A stretch of DNA of 64,000 nucleotides, taken from the NCBI RefSeq assembly GCF_000026545.1, contig NC_011601.1; one strand, written 5' to 3'. Shown in pieces: positions 52,682 to 63,400 of the stretch. Origin of the DNA: Escherichia coli O127:H6 str. E2348/69 (GTDB lineage Bacteria > Pseudomonadota > Gammaproteobacteria > Enterobacterales > Enterobacteriaceae). Position 1 is the first letter of the stretch, and each line of letters begins with the position of its first letter. Under the pieces are notes generated by a model. The model did not search any database, had not been told where the DNA came from, and worked only from the letters and a program-made list of their open reading frames with translations. The position numbers were made by a program, and so were the translations under genes.

Positions 52682-55321
52682 ATGCTGGGTAAATATAAAG
52701 CCGTTCTCGCGCTGTTATTACTGATTATTCTTGTGCCGTTGACGCTGCTGATGACGCTCGGGCTGTGGGTTCCCACGCTGGCGGGCATCTGGCTACCGCT
52801 CGGGACACGTATTGCATTAGATGAAAGCCCACGCATTACGCGTAAAGGTTTAATCATCCCCGATCTCCGTTATCTGGTGGGAGATTGTCAGCTTGCGCAT
52901 ATCACCAACGCCAGCCTTTCACATCCCAGCCGCTGGTTATTGAACGTCGGCACGGTAGAACTTGATTCTGCTTGTCTGGCGAAATTGCCGCAGACGGAGC
53001 AATCGCCAGCCGCTCCAAAAACCCTCGCGCAGTGGCAGTCCATGCTGCCTAACACCTGGATCAATATCGATAAACTGATTTTTTCTCCCTGGCAGGAATG
53101 GCAGGGAAAACTCTCTCTCGCATTAACCTCCGATATCCAGCAACTGTGTTATCAGGGCGAAAAAGTTAAATTTCAAGGCCAGCTGAAAGGGCAACAACTT
53201 ACAGTCAGCGAACTGGATGTCGCCGCGTTTGAAAATCAGCCGCCGGTAAAACTGGTGGGGGAATTTACTATGCCGCTCGTGCCGGATGGACTTCCGGTAA
53301 GTGGTCATGCTACTGCGACGTTAAACTTACCGCAGGAGCCTTCACTGGTGGATGCCGAGCTGGACTGGCAGGAAAATAGCGGGCAATTGATTGTGCTGGC
53401 ACGGGATAACGGCGATCCGTTGCTCGATTTGCCGTGGCAAATTACTCGTCAACAATTGACCGTAAGCGATGGTCGCTGGAGCTGGCCGTATGCAGGTTTT
53501 CCTTTGAGTGGCCGACTGGGTGTCAAAGTCGACAACTGGCAGGCAGGGCTCGAGAACGCTCTGGTCAGCGGGCGACTGAGTGTGCTGACCCAGGGGCAAG
53601 CGGGTAAAGGCAACGCGGTGTTAAATTTTGGCCCAGGAAAATTAAGCATGGATAACAGCCAGCTGCCTCTGCAGCTGACCGGTGAAGCGAAACAGGCGGA
53701 CCTCATTTTATATGCCCGTTTACCTGCGCAGCTAAGTGGAAGTCTGTCTGACCCAACGCTGACCTTTGAGCCTGGCGCGTTACTTCGTTCAAAGGGAAGA
53801 GTCATTGATTCGCTGGACATCGATGAAATCCGCTGGCCTTTAGCGGGTGTAAAAGTCACCCAACGTGGTGTTGACGGACGTTTGCAGGCCATTTTGCAGG
53901 CGCATGAAAATGAACTGGGCGATTTCGTGCTGCATATGGATGGGCTGGCGAATGATTTTCTCCCTGACGCTGGCCGCTGGCAGTGGCGCTACTGGGGAAA
54001 AGGGAGTTTTACACCAATGAATGCCACCTGGGATGTCGCAGGAAAAGGTGAGTGGCATGACAGCACTATTACGCTGACCGATCTCTCCACCGGTTTCGAC
54101 CAGTTACAATACGGTACGATGACGGTAGAAAAGCCGCGATTAATTCTCGACAAGCCCGTCGTCTGGGGACGTGACGCACAGCATCCCTCCTTCAGCGGCG
54201 CTCTGTCACTGGACGCCGGGCAAACGCTGTTCACTGGCGGCAGTGTGTTACCGCCATCAACCTTAAAATTTAGTGTCGATGGGCGCGATCCGACGTATTT
54301 CCTCTTTAAAGGCGATTTACATGCTGGTGAGATTGGCCCGGTTCGGGTAAATGGTCGCTGGGACGGTATTCGTCTGCGCGGTAACGCCTGGTGGCCTAAA
54401 CAATCACTGACTGTATTCCAGCCGTTGGTGCCACCCGACTGGAAGATGAACTTACGCGATGGTGAACTGTATGCTCAGGTCGCATTTTCAGCAGCGCCCG
54501 AACAAGGATTCCGCGCGGGAGGACACGGCGTGTTGAAAGGCGGTAGTGCCTGGATGCCAGATAATCAGGTTAACGGTGTCGATTTTGTCCTGCCTTTCCG
54601 TTTTGCCGATGGAGCCTGGCATCTGGGGACTCGCGGTCCCGTTACGTTGCGAATTGCCGAAGTGATTAATCTGGTGACAGCGAAAAATATTACGGCTGAT
54701 TTGCAAGGTCGTTATCCGTGGACTGAAGAAGAACCATTGCTGTTGACTGATGTTAGTGTCGATGTGTTAGGCGGTAACGTGCTGATGAAACAATTACGTA
54801 TGCCGCAACATGACCCGGCGCTGTTGCGGCTGAATAATCTTTCCTCCAGCGAACTGGTTAGCGCCGTCAATCCGAAACAATTCGCCATGTCCGGGGCATT
54901 TAGTGGTGCATTGCCGTTATGGCTAAACAACGAAAAATGGATAGTGAAAGACGGCTGGCTGGCAAATAGCGGGCCGATGACCTTGCGGCTGGATAAAGAC
55001 ACCGCAGATGCGGTGGTGAAAGACAATATGACCGCGGGTTCAGCAATTAACTGGTTGCGCTATATGGAAATTAGCCGTTCATCGACAAAAATTAATTTAG
55101 ATAATCTCGGTTTATTAACCATGCAGGCCAACATTACAGGTACCAGTCGCGTTGATGGTAAAAGCGGTACGGTAAATCTTAATTACCATCATGAAGAGAA
55201 TATTTTTACGCTGTGGCGCAGTTTACGCTTTGGCGATAATCTCCAGGCATGGCTGGAGCAGAACGCGCGTCTGCCGGGAAATGACTGTCCGCAAGGAAAA
55301 GAGTGTGAGGATAAACAATGA
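52682..55321 (+). CDS. ydbH: Large AsmA-like envelope protein YdbH
   Basis: 879-aa ORF with N-terminal TM anchor; first gene of ydbH-ynbE-ydbL. Confidence 0.85.
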   Translation: MLGKYKAVLALLLLIILVPLTLLMTLGLWVPTLAGIWLPLGTRIALDESPRITRKGLIIPDLRYLVGDCQLAHITNASLSHPSRWLLNVGTVELDSACLAKLPQTEQSPAAPKTLAQWQSMLPNTWINIDKLIFSPWQEWQGKLSLALTSDIQQLCYQGEKVKFQGQLKGQQLTVSELDVAAFENQPPVKLVGEFTMPLVPDGLPVSGHATATLNLPQEPSLVDAELDWQENSGQLIVLARDNGDPLLDLPWQITRQQLTVSDGRWSWPYAGFPLSGRLGVKVDNWQAGLENALVSGRLSVLTQGQAGKGNAVLNFGPGKLSMDNSQLPLQLTGEAKQADLILYARLPAQLSGSLSDPTLTFEPGALLRSKGRVIDSLDIDEIRWPLAGVKVTQRGVDGRLQAILQAHENELGDFVLHMDGLANDFLPDAGRWQWRYWGKGSFTPMNATWDVAGKGEWHDSTITLTDLSTGFDQLQYGTMTVEKPRLILDKPVVWGRDAQHPSFSGALSLDAGQTLFTGGSVLPPSTLKFSVDGRDPTYFLFKGDLHAGEIGPVRVNGRWDGIRLRGNAWWPKQSLTVFQPLVPPDWKMNLRDGELYAQVAFSAAPEQGFRAGGHGVLKGGSAWMPDNQVNGVDFVLPFRFADGAWHLGTRGPVTLRIAEVINLVTAKNITADLQGRYPWTEEEPLLLTDVSVDVLGGNVLMKQLRMPQHDPALLRLNNLSSSELVSAVNPKQFAMSGAFSGALPLWLNNEKWIVKDGWLANSGPMTLRLDKDTADAVVKDNMTAGSAINWLRYMEISRSSTKINLDNLGLLTMQANITGTSRVDGKSGTVNLNYHHEENIFTLWRSLRFGDNLQAWLEQNARLPGNDCPQGKECEDKQ

Positions 55322-55503
55322 AAATTTTACTGGCTGCGTTGACGTCATCTTTTATGCTGGTTGGCTGTACGCCTCGCATTGAAGTCGCTGCACCTAAGGA
55401 ACCGATCACTATCAATATGAACGTTAAAATTGAGCATGAGATCATCATCAAGGCAGACAAAGACGTCGAAGAGCTGCTTGAGACCCGTAGCGATCTTTTT
55501 TGA
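55318..55503 (+). CDS. ynbE: Small lipoprotein YnbE
   Basis: 61-aa ORF overlapping ydbH stop (ATGA); lipobox LVGC. Confidence 0.8.
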   Translation: MKILLAALTSSFMLVGCTPRIEVAAPKEPITINMNVKIEHEIIIKADKDVEELLETRSDLF

Positions 55504-55510
55504 GGTGATG

Positions 55511-55837
55511 ATGAAAAGAACATTACTTCTTTGTGCATTTCTTGTTGGCTTGGTAAGCAGCAATGTAATGGCATTGACTCTGGATGAAGCCAGAACTCAG
55601 GGGCGAGTAGGCGAAACATTTTATGGTTATCTGGTTGCGCTGAAAACAGATGCTGAAACTGAGAAATTAGTAACCGACATTAATGCCGAACGTAAAGCGA
55701 GCTATCAACAACTGGCAAAGCAAAATAATGTGTCGGTAGATGATATCGCGAAACTCGCCGGGCAAAAGCTTGTAGAACGGGCCAAACCCGGGGAATATGT
55801 ACAAGGGATAAACGGTAAATGGGTGCGAAAATTTTAA
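55511..55837 (+). CDS. ydbL: Periplasmic protein YdbL (DUF1318)
   Basis: ORF track starts at 55430; ATG 55511 gives MKRTLLLCAFLVGL... (108 aa). Confidence 0.8.
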   Translation: MKRTLLLCAFLVGLVSSNVMALTLDEARTQGRVGETFYGYLVALKTDAETEKLVTDINAERKASYQQLAKQNNVSVDDIAKLAGQKLVERAKPGEYVQGINGKWVRKF

Positions 55838-55970
55838 TAGCAAAACCGCAATATCGGGATAACGCTACAGGAGAAGACGATTAATCTATTTTCCGGAAAT
55901 AAGATGATTATTCAAAAATTCCTGCCAAATTGCCTTTTGCCCTGAAAAATGCATAATCAAATATCTGTTT

Positions 55971-56011
55971 TAACTAATTCGCGTTGCTGTACATGCAACG
56001 CGAATTAGTTA
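55971..56011. terminator. Bidirectional terminator: perfect 17-bp inverted repeat
   Basis: taactaattcgcgttgc / gcaacgcgaattagtta with 7-nt loop; right arm contains the feaR-remnant stop codon. Confidence 0.5.
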
Positions 56012-56346
56012 GCGGAATTTACGCCGATTCTCGCCTGGCGTCATCCCAAAGCGTTGTTTAAATACCGTTGAAAAATGACTCTGGTCGGAAAATCCCCAAT
56101 GAAAGCCAATGCCTGCCAGTTTTTCATCATCTGCGGCATGGCGAATCGCATCTGCACAAAAATCGAGACGACGGTTACGAATATATTGCGCGACCACCAA
56201 ACCTTTATCGGCAAACTTTATCAGCGCGTAGCGCCTGCTGCTGTAGCGTTCGTTAGTGAAAAAGATGAAACCTCGGTCGGTGAGCTGCCTTCGCCGGGTA
56301 GCCTGTATTTTCAACGTTTTGGCGGTTTGAATATTGAACAGGAGGT
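56009..56346 (-). pseudogene. feaR: AraC-family regulator FeaR, 3' remnant (HTH domain only)
   Basis: About 112 codons of AraC-type HTH C-terminus; frame opens at a stop at 56347-56349 and has no upstream continuation. Confidence 0.7.
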
Positions 56347-56348
56347 GT

Positions 56349-56970
56349 TAAGCCAATTTATCAGATAGACGGTCTGACTCCGATAGTAACAGAAGAGAGT
56401 TTTGTTCATCCGACAGAGGTATTGATCGGCGATGTTATTCTCGGCAAGGGCGTTTACGTTGGACCAAATGCCAGCCTGCGAGGTGATTTTAGTCGTATCG
56501 TGGAGAAAGATGGCGCGAACATTCAGGATAATTGCGTTATGCACGGCTTTCCCGGGCAGGATACTGTCGTTGAAGAAGATGGGCATATTGGTCATAGCGC
56601 TATCCTTCACGGCTGCAATATCCGCCGCAATGCATTAGTGGGAATGAACGCGGTAGTGATGGTCGGTGCGGTGATTGGTGAGAACAGTATTGTTGGCGCA
56701 TCCGCATTTGTGAAAGCCAAAGCAGAAATGCCTGCTAATTATCTGATTGTCAGCAGCCCGGCAAAAGCGATTCGTGAACTTAGTGAGCAGGAGCTGGCAT
56801 GGAAAAAGCAGGGCACGCATGAGTATCAGGTGCTGGTGACACGTTGTAAGCAGACGTTGCATCAAGTCGAGCCATTGCGGGAAGTTGAACCTGGCAGGCA
56901 GCGTCTGGTATTTGATGAGAATCTGCGACCGAAACAGTCACGTCCAGATGCTGAACGTTCTAATTTTTAG
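56349..56970 (+). pseudogene. paaY: Hexapeptide-repeat protein PaaY, start codon lost and +1 frameshift
   Basis: AAG where the ATG is expected (56349-56351); [10 protein letters not shown]... frame stops at 56424-56426 after a T5 run (56399-56403); remainder in another frame. Confidence 0.7.
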
Positions 56971-56983
56971 CATGTGATACCTT

Positions 56984-57016
56984 AACCGCAACGCTGATAC
57001 AGGTTGCGGTTTTTTA
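56984..57016 (+). terminator. Intrinsic terminator after paaY
   Basis: aaccgcaac ... gttgcggtt hairpin followed by TTTTTT. Confidence 0.5.
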
Positions 57017-57170
57017 TTGCCGGATGCGGTACTTGACGCGTTTTGTTTTGGTGTCTTTCAGGATATTAGAGCTACTCATCCAGTAATCTTGTTTACGCCT
57101 TCGCATTATTTATCTCTATTCATTTCTATACTGATTTTTCTTAATCCGTTTTATTACAGGGCAGGGTGCG

Positions 57171-58037
57171 ATGAGCAGCAACACATTTACTCTCGGTACA
57201 AAATCCGTTAACCGTCTTGGTTATGGCGCGATGCAACTGGCAGGTCCTGGGGTTTTTGGCCCCCCAAGAGATCGCCACGTCGCTATAACCGTGCTGCGCG
57301 AGGCGCTGGCATTGGGCGTCAATCATATTGATACCAGCGACTTTTATGGTCCGCACGTCACCAATCAGATTATCCGCGAAGCGCTTTATCCGTACTCTGA
57401 CGACCTGACAATTGTCACTAAAATTGGTGCGCGGCGTGGAGAGGACGCTTCCTGGTTACCCGCATTTTCTCCGGCAGAGCTGCAAAAAGCGGTACACGAT
57501 AATCTACGTAATCTCGGCCTGGACGTACTGGATGTGGTTAACCTGCGCGTTATGATGGGGGATGGTCATGGCCCAGCGGAAGGATCGATTGAAGCCAGCC
57601 TTACCGTGCTGGCGGAGATGCAACAACAAGGCCTGGTAAAACATATTGGCCTGAGTAACGTCACACCGACGCAGGTTGCAGAGGCGCGAAAGATTGCCGA
57701 AATCGTCTGCGTGCAGAACGAATACAACATTGTCCACCGAGCTGATGACGCAATGATTGATGCTTTGGCTCGTGATGGCATTGCCTACGTGCCATTCTTT
57801 CCGCTCGGGGGCTTTACGCCGCTGCAATCCTCCACGCTTTCCGATGTTGCTGCGAGCCTTAATGCGACACCAATGCAGGTGGCGCTGGCGTGGCTGTTAC
57901 AGCGTTCACCGAATATTTTGCTGATTCCTGGCACCTCTTCGGTGGGACATCTGCGGGAGAATATGGCGTCCGATGAATTAGTGCTAACGGATGACGTGCT
58001 GGCAACGCTGGACAGTATTTCGCAAAAGGCGGGTTAA
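57171..58037 (+). CDS. ydbC: Aldo-keto reductase
   Basis: 288-aa AKR-family ORF (GYGAMQLAG...). Confidence 0.85.
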   Translation: MSSNTFTLGTKSVNRLGYGAMQLAGPGVFGPPRDRHVAITVLREALALGVNHIDTSDFYGPHVTNQIIREALYPYSDDLTIVTKIGARRGEDASWLPAFSPAELQKAVHDNLRNLGLDVLDVVNLRVMMGDGHGPAEGSIEASLTVLAEMQQQGLVKHIGLSNVTPTQVAEARKIAEIVCVQNEYNIVHRADDAMIDALARDGIAYVPFFPLGGFTPLQSSTLSDVAASLNATPMQVALAWLLQRSPNILLIPGTSSVGHLRENMASDELVLTDDVLATLDSISQKAG

Positions 58038-58051
58038 ATAAAAAAACCTCC

Positions 58052-58061
58052 CACTTTCGTG
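58052..58061. repeat. Flanking direct repeat of IS copy B (CACTTTCGTG), left
   Basis: 10-bp identical sequence at 58052-58061 and 59612-59621 (9-bp TSD plus one coincident base). Confidence 0.6.
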
Positions 58062-59611
58062 CTGTCTCTTGATCAGATCTCCTGATCAAGAGACTTCATC
58101 ACCAGGTAACCCTCAACCATATCCTGAAGTCTGAACCAGCCATCCCACATGACTACCCAACCGGGGCGACCGGTGCGTTTGCTGTCATGCCATCGCCCCA
58201 GTTTCGCCAGTTTCAGACAGGCCCATTTCAGTGTCGGCATCTGTGACGGAAGCGGTTTTCCTTCCAGCTTAACCCACAGCAGTTTCCACTCTGTCGGCGT
58301 CAGTATTTTCTCACAGCTGTCATTTTGTGTTTCTTCACTGATACCGCCCTGCCGCAGGCCCAGCACCCGCACCGCGATAAACGCCTTGATAACCACCATG
58401 CGCTCGAGGTTATCCCGGGTCTGCATTCGCAGCGATTCCACACATGTACCACCACTTTTCCACGCCTTGTGGTATTCCTCTATCAGCCAGCGTCGCTCGT
58501 AATGGCTGACGATACGTCGCGCATCGGCGGCACTCGCCACTTTTTCTGACGTCAGCAGATGCCAGCAGGCGCCGTCCTCTGCCTGCTCCCGGCAACAGAC
58601 ATACGTGAGCGGGAGCGCCTGGCCGCTGTTGTCGGGATTTTTTATGCTGACTTCGCTGTAACTGATGAACATCCGGGCCTGGCGGGCTGCCCGCCCGCCT
58701 TTTTGCATCACATTCAGCGTGTGGCTTCCCGCGGTTGCCAGGACTTCCGGCAGTTCGAAGAGCTTGCCGGGTGCTTCTTCCAGCCGGCGATTCTGTGCTG
58801 CACGCACCACGAAGCGCTGCCCGTGGCTGACTTTATAATGCAGGTAATGCCAGATATCCGCTTCCCGGTCACAGACAGTGATTACCCGTTTCTGTATCTC
58901 CCCCAGCCGTTCGGCCATGCGCTCCGAAGCCTGCTGCCAGCGGTAACTTTCTTTTTCTTCATAGGGACGTTCTTTTCGCTGGTGCTTAACACCGTAGGTG
59001 TCCGTGGCACGACTCCAGCGCTGCTGTTCGATAAGACCGACTGGCAGGGCGCTGTCGGGGGCGTACATCAGGACAGAGTGAGCCAGCAGCCCGCGCGTCT
59101 TCGGGTTAGTGGTGGTATTCCCCAGGTCATCAGATGCCGTACTGTGACTGAAGTTAATGGTGGTGGTGTCTTCCAGCGCGAGGAGCAGCGGATGAGCCTC
59201 ACATGCCCTTACAGTGGCGGTAAATCCGGCTTCGGCAATGGCTTGCGGGGACACAGACGGGTTACGTATCAGGCGGTACGCACCTTCAACCTGAGCAGTG
59301 GACTGGGATGATTTCACAATAGAAAGACCTGCATGCTGAGCGAGAGAAGAGGCCAGTGACACAAGGCGTCGTGTACGACGCGGATCACCGAGACGGGCAT
59401 GTCCAAACTGCTCGTTAGCCCATGAATAACAATCAGAAAGTACCATAACAGACCCGAAGAAAATGAAATATAAGAGAAGATCAACGGGTGAGGAAAAAGT
59501 TCAAAAAATCGCTGCCGGGGAGGAAGGAAACTACCGGATGGAAAGAGTCCCCCTAAAGCAGACTGACAGACATCACAAATCCCCGGGTGGGGATTTGTGT
59601 ATAAGAGACAG
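58062..59611 (-). mobile_element. IS50-like insertion sequence, copy B, 1550 bp, inverted relative to copy A
   Basis: Inside end CTGTCTCTTGATCAGATCT at 58062-58080; outside end (rc CTGTCTCTTATACACAAAT) at 59593-59611; encoded proteins identical to copy A. Confidence 0.9.
58073..59446 (-). CDS. DDE transposase, Tn5 Tnp-like (457 aa)
   Basis: Protein identical to the transposase at 11370-12743. Confidence 0.9.
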   Translation of the reverse strand: MVLSDCYSWANEQFGHARLGDPRRTRRLVSLASSLAQHAGLSIVKSSQSTAQVEGAYRLIRNPSVSPQAIAEAGFTATVRACEAHPLLLALEDTTTINFSHSTASDDLGNTTTNPKTRGLLAHSVLMYAPDSALPVGLIEQQRWSRATDTYGVKHQRKERPYEEKESYRWQQASERMAERLGEIQKRVITVCDREADIWHYLHYKVSHGQRFVVRAAQNRRLEEAPGKLFELPEVLATAGSHTLNVMQKGGRAARQARMFISYSEVSIKNPDNSGQALPLTYVCCREQAEDGACWHLLTSEKVASAADARRIVSHYERRWLIEEYHKAWKSGGTCVESLRMQTRDNLERMVVIKAFIAVRVLGLRQGGISEETQNDSCEKILTPTEWKLLWVKLEGKPLPSQMPTLKWACLKLAKLGRWHDSKRTGRPGWVVMWDGWFRLQDMVEGYLVMKSLDQEI

Positions 59612-59621
59612 CACTTTCGTG
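59612..59621. repeat. Flanking direct repeat of IS copy B (CACTTTCGTG), right
   Basis: Matches 58052-58061. Confidence 0.6.
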
Positions 59622-59637
59622 GGAGGCATCATAAATC

Positions 59638-60252
<615 letters not shown>

Positions 60253-60443
60253 TTATAGATGTTTGAATGGGCGATGCCCCGTTGCTTGTTGACACTTTAT
60301 TCACAATCCTGCCACAGAGATAGCGCAATAAATCGAAGCCTATGTTCGAATTTATTGAACAACGCATAGAAAGCCGCGATGTGGTACTCTATATCTATCA
60401 TTTAAAAGAAAATTAATCAGGCAGACTACTGCCCACTAACGTT

Positions 60444-63400
60444 ATGACAGAACAACAAAAATTGACCTTTACTGCCTTGCAGCAGCGGCTGGATTCGCTG
60501 ATGCTGCGTGACAGACTGCGTTTTTCTCGCCGTCTGCACGGCGTGAAGAAGGTTAAAAATCCTGATGCACAACAGGCCATTTTCCAGGAGATGGCGAAAG
60601 AGATTGACCATGCGGCAGGGAAAGTCCTGCTGCGTGAAGCGGAACGACCGGAAATTACTTACCCGGACAATTTGCCGGTTAGTCAGAAAAAGCAGGACAT
60701 ACTCGAAGCGATTCGTGACCACCAGGTGGTGATCGTCGCCGGGGAAACGGGTTCCGGTAAAACGACTCAGCTACCGAAAATCTGTATGGAGCTGGGTCGC
60801 GGGATTAAAGGGCTGATCGGCCATACCCAGCCGCGTCGGCTGGCGGCGCGAACGGTGGCGAACCGTATTGCGGAAGAGCTAAAAACGGAGCCGGGCGGTT
60901 GCATCGGTTACAAAGTGCGTTTCAGCGATCACGTCAGTGATAACACGATGGTCAAGCTGATGACCGACGGTATCCTGCTGGCAGAGATCCAGCAAGACCG
61001 CCTGCTGATGCAGTACGACACCATCATTATTGACGAAGCGCACGAACGCAGCCTGAATATCGATTTTCTCCTCGGCTATTTGAAAGAGTTGCTGCCGCGG
61101 CGTCCTGACCTAAAAATCATTATCACTTCCGCGACTATCGACCCGGAACGCTTTTCGCGCCACTTTAATAATGCGCCGATTATCGAAGTCTCCGGTCGGA
61201 CCTATCCGGTGGAAGTGCGCTATCGCCCGATTGTTGAAGAAGCCGATGATACCGAGCGCGATCAGTTGCAGGCGATTTTTGACGCCGTAGATGAACTGAG
61301 CCAGGAAAGCCCTGGCGACATTCTGATCTTTATGAGCGGCGAGCGAGAAATTCGCGATACCGCCGATGCGCTGAACAAGCTGAACTTACGCCATACCGAA
61401 ATCTTGCCGCTTTATGCGCGGCTTTCCAACAGCGAACAGAACCGCGTGTTCCAGTCGCACAGCGGGCGACGCATTGTACTGGCGACCAACGTCGCGGAAA
61501 CCTCGCTGACCGTACCGGGTATTAAATACGTTATCGACCCAGGTACAGCGCGTATCAGCCGCTACAGCTATCGCACCAAAGTGCAGCGTTTGCCGATTGA
61601 GCCAATTTCGCAGGCTTCAGCTAATCAGCGTAAAGGCCGCTGCGGTCGTGTGTCAGAAGGGATCTGTATTCGTCTCTATTCCGAAGACGATTTCCTCTCG
61701 CGCCCGGAGTTTACCGACCCAGAAATTCTACGTACTAACCTGGCCTCGGTTATTTTGCAGATGACCGCACTGGGCTTGGGCGATATCGCCGCATTCCCGT
61801 TTGTCGAAGCACCGGATAAACGCAATATCCAGGATGGCGTGCGTCTGCTCGAAGAACTGGGTGCGATCACCACGGATGAACAGGCCAGCGCCTATAAACT
61901 GACGCCGCTTGGTCGCCAGCTCTCGCAGTTGCCTGTCGACCCACGTCTGGCGCGTATGGTGCTGGAAGCGCAAAAACATGGCTGCGTGCGTGAGGCGATG
62001 ATTATCACGTCTGCGCTCTCCATTCAGGATCCGCGTGAGCGTCCGATGGATAAACAGCAGGCATCTGACGAAAAACATCGTCGCTTCCACGACAAAGAGT
62101 CTGACTTCCTCGCGTTTGTGAATCTGTGGAATTATCTTGGCGAGCAGCAAAAGGCGCTTTCTTCAAACGCCTTCCGTCGCCTGTGTCGTACTGATTATCT
62201 CAACTATCTGCGCGTGCGCGAATGGCAGGATATCTACACCCAGTTGCGCCAGGTGGTGAAAGAACTTGGCATTCCGGTTAACAGCGAACCGGCGGATTAT
62301 CGCGAAATTCACATTGCGTTGCTGACCGGTTTGCTTTCGCATATTGGTATGAAAGATGCCGATAAACAAGAATATACCGGCGCACGTAACGCGCGTTTCT
62401 CCATCTTCCCCGGTTCTGGTTTATTCAAAAAGCCGCCGAAATGGGTAATGGTGGCGGAACTGGTAGAAACCAGCCGCCTGTGGGGACGCATTGCTGCGCG
62501 GATCGACCCGGAATGGGTGGAGCCAGTTGCTCAGCATTTGATTAAACGCACCTACAGCGAACCGCACTGGGAACGGGCGCAGGGCGCGGTGATGGCAACG
62601 GAAAAAGTCACTGTTTATGGTTTGCCGATTGTTGCCGCGCGCAAGGTCAACTACAGCCAGATCGATCCGGCGTTATGTCGTGAACTCTTTATTCGCCACG
62701 CGCTGGTGGAAGGTGACTGGCAGACGCGTCACGCATTCTTCCGTGAAAACCTGAAACTACGGGCGGAAGTAGAAGAGCTGGAACACAAATCACGTCGCCG
62801 CGATATTCTGGTTGATGACGAAATGCTGTTTGAGTTCTACGACCAGCGCATCAGCCACGATGTGATTTCCGCACGTCACTTCGACAGCTGGTGGAAAAAA
62901 GTCAGCCGCGAAACGCCTGATTTGCTCAACTTTGAAAAGAGCATGTTGATCAAAGAAGGGGCGGAAAAAATCAGCAAGCTGGATTATCCGAACTTCTGGC
63001 ATCAGGGCAATCTCAAGCTGCGTTTGAGTTATCAGTTTGAGCCGGGGGCAGATGCTGACGGAGTGACCGTACATATTCCGCTGCCGCTGCTTAACCAGGT
63101 TGAGGAGAGTGGGTTTGAGTGGCAGATCCCCGGTCTGCGTCGTGAGCTGATCATCGCCCTGATTAAATCGCTGCCGAAGCCGGTACGCCGTAATTTTGTG
63201 CCCGCGCCAAACTACGCCGAAGCGTTTTTAGGCCGCGTCACACCGCTGGAATTGCCGTTGCTCGACAGCCTTGAACGAGAGTTACGGCGGATGACTGGCG
63301 TCACCGTTGACCGCGAAGACTGGCACTGGGATCAGGTGCCCGATCACCTGAAAATCACTTTCCGCGTGGTGGATGACAAAAACAAGAAGCTAAAAGAAGG

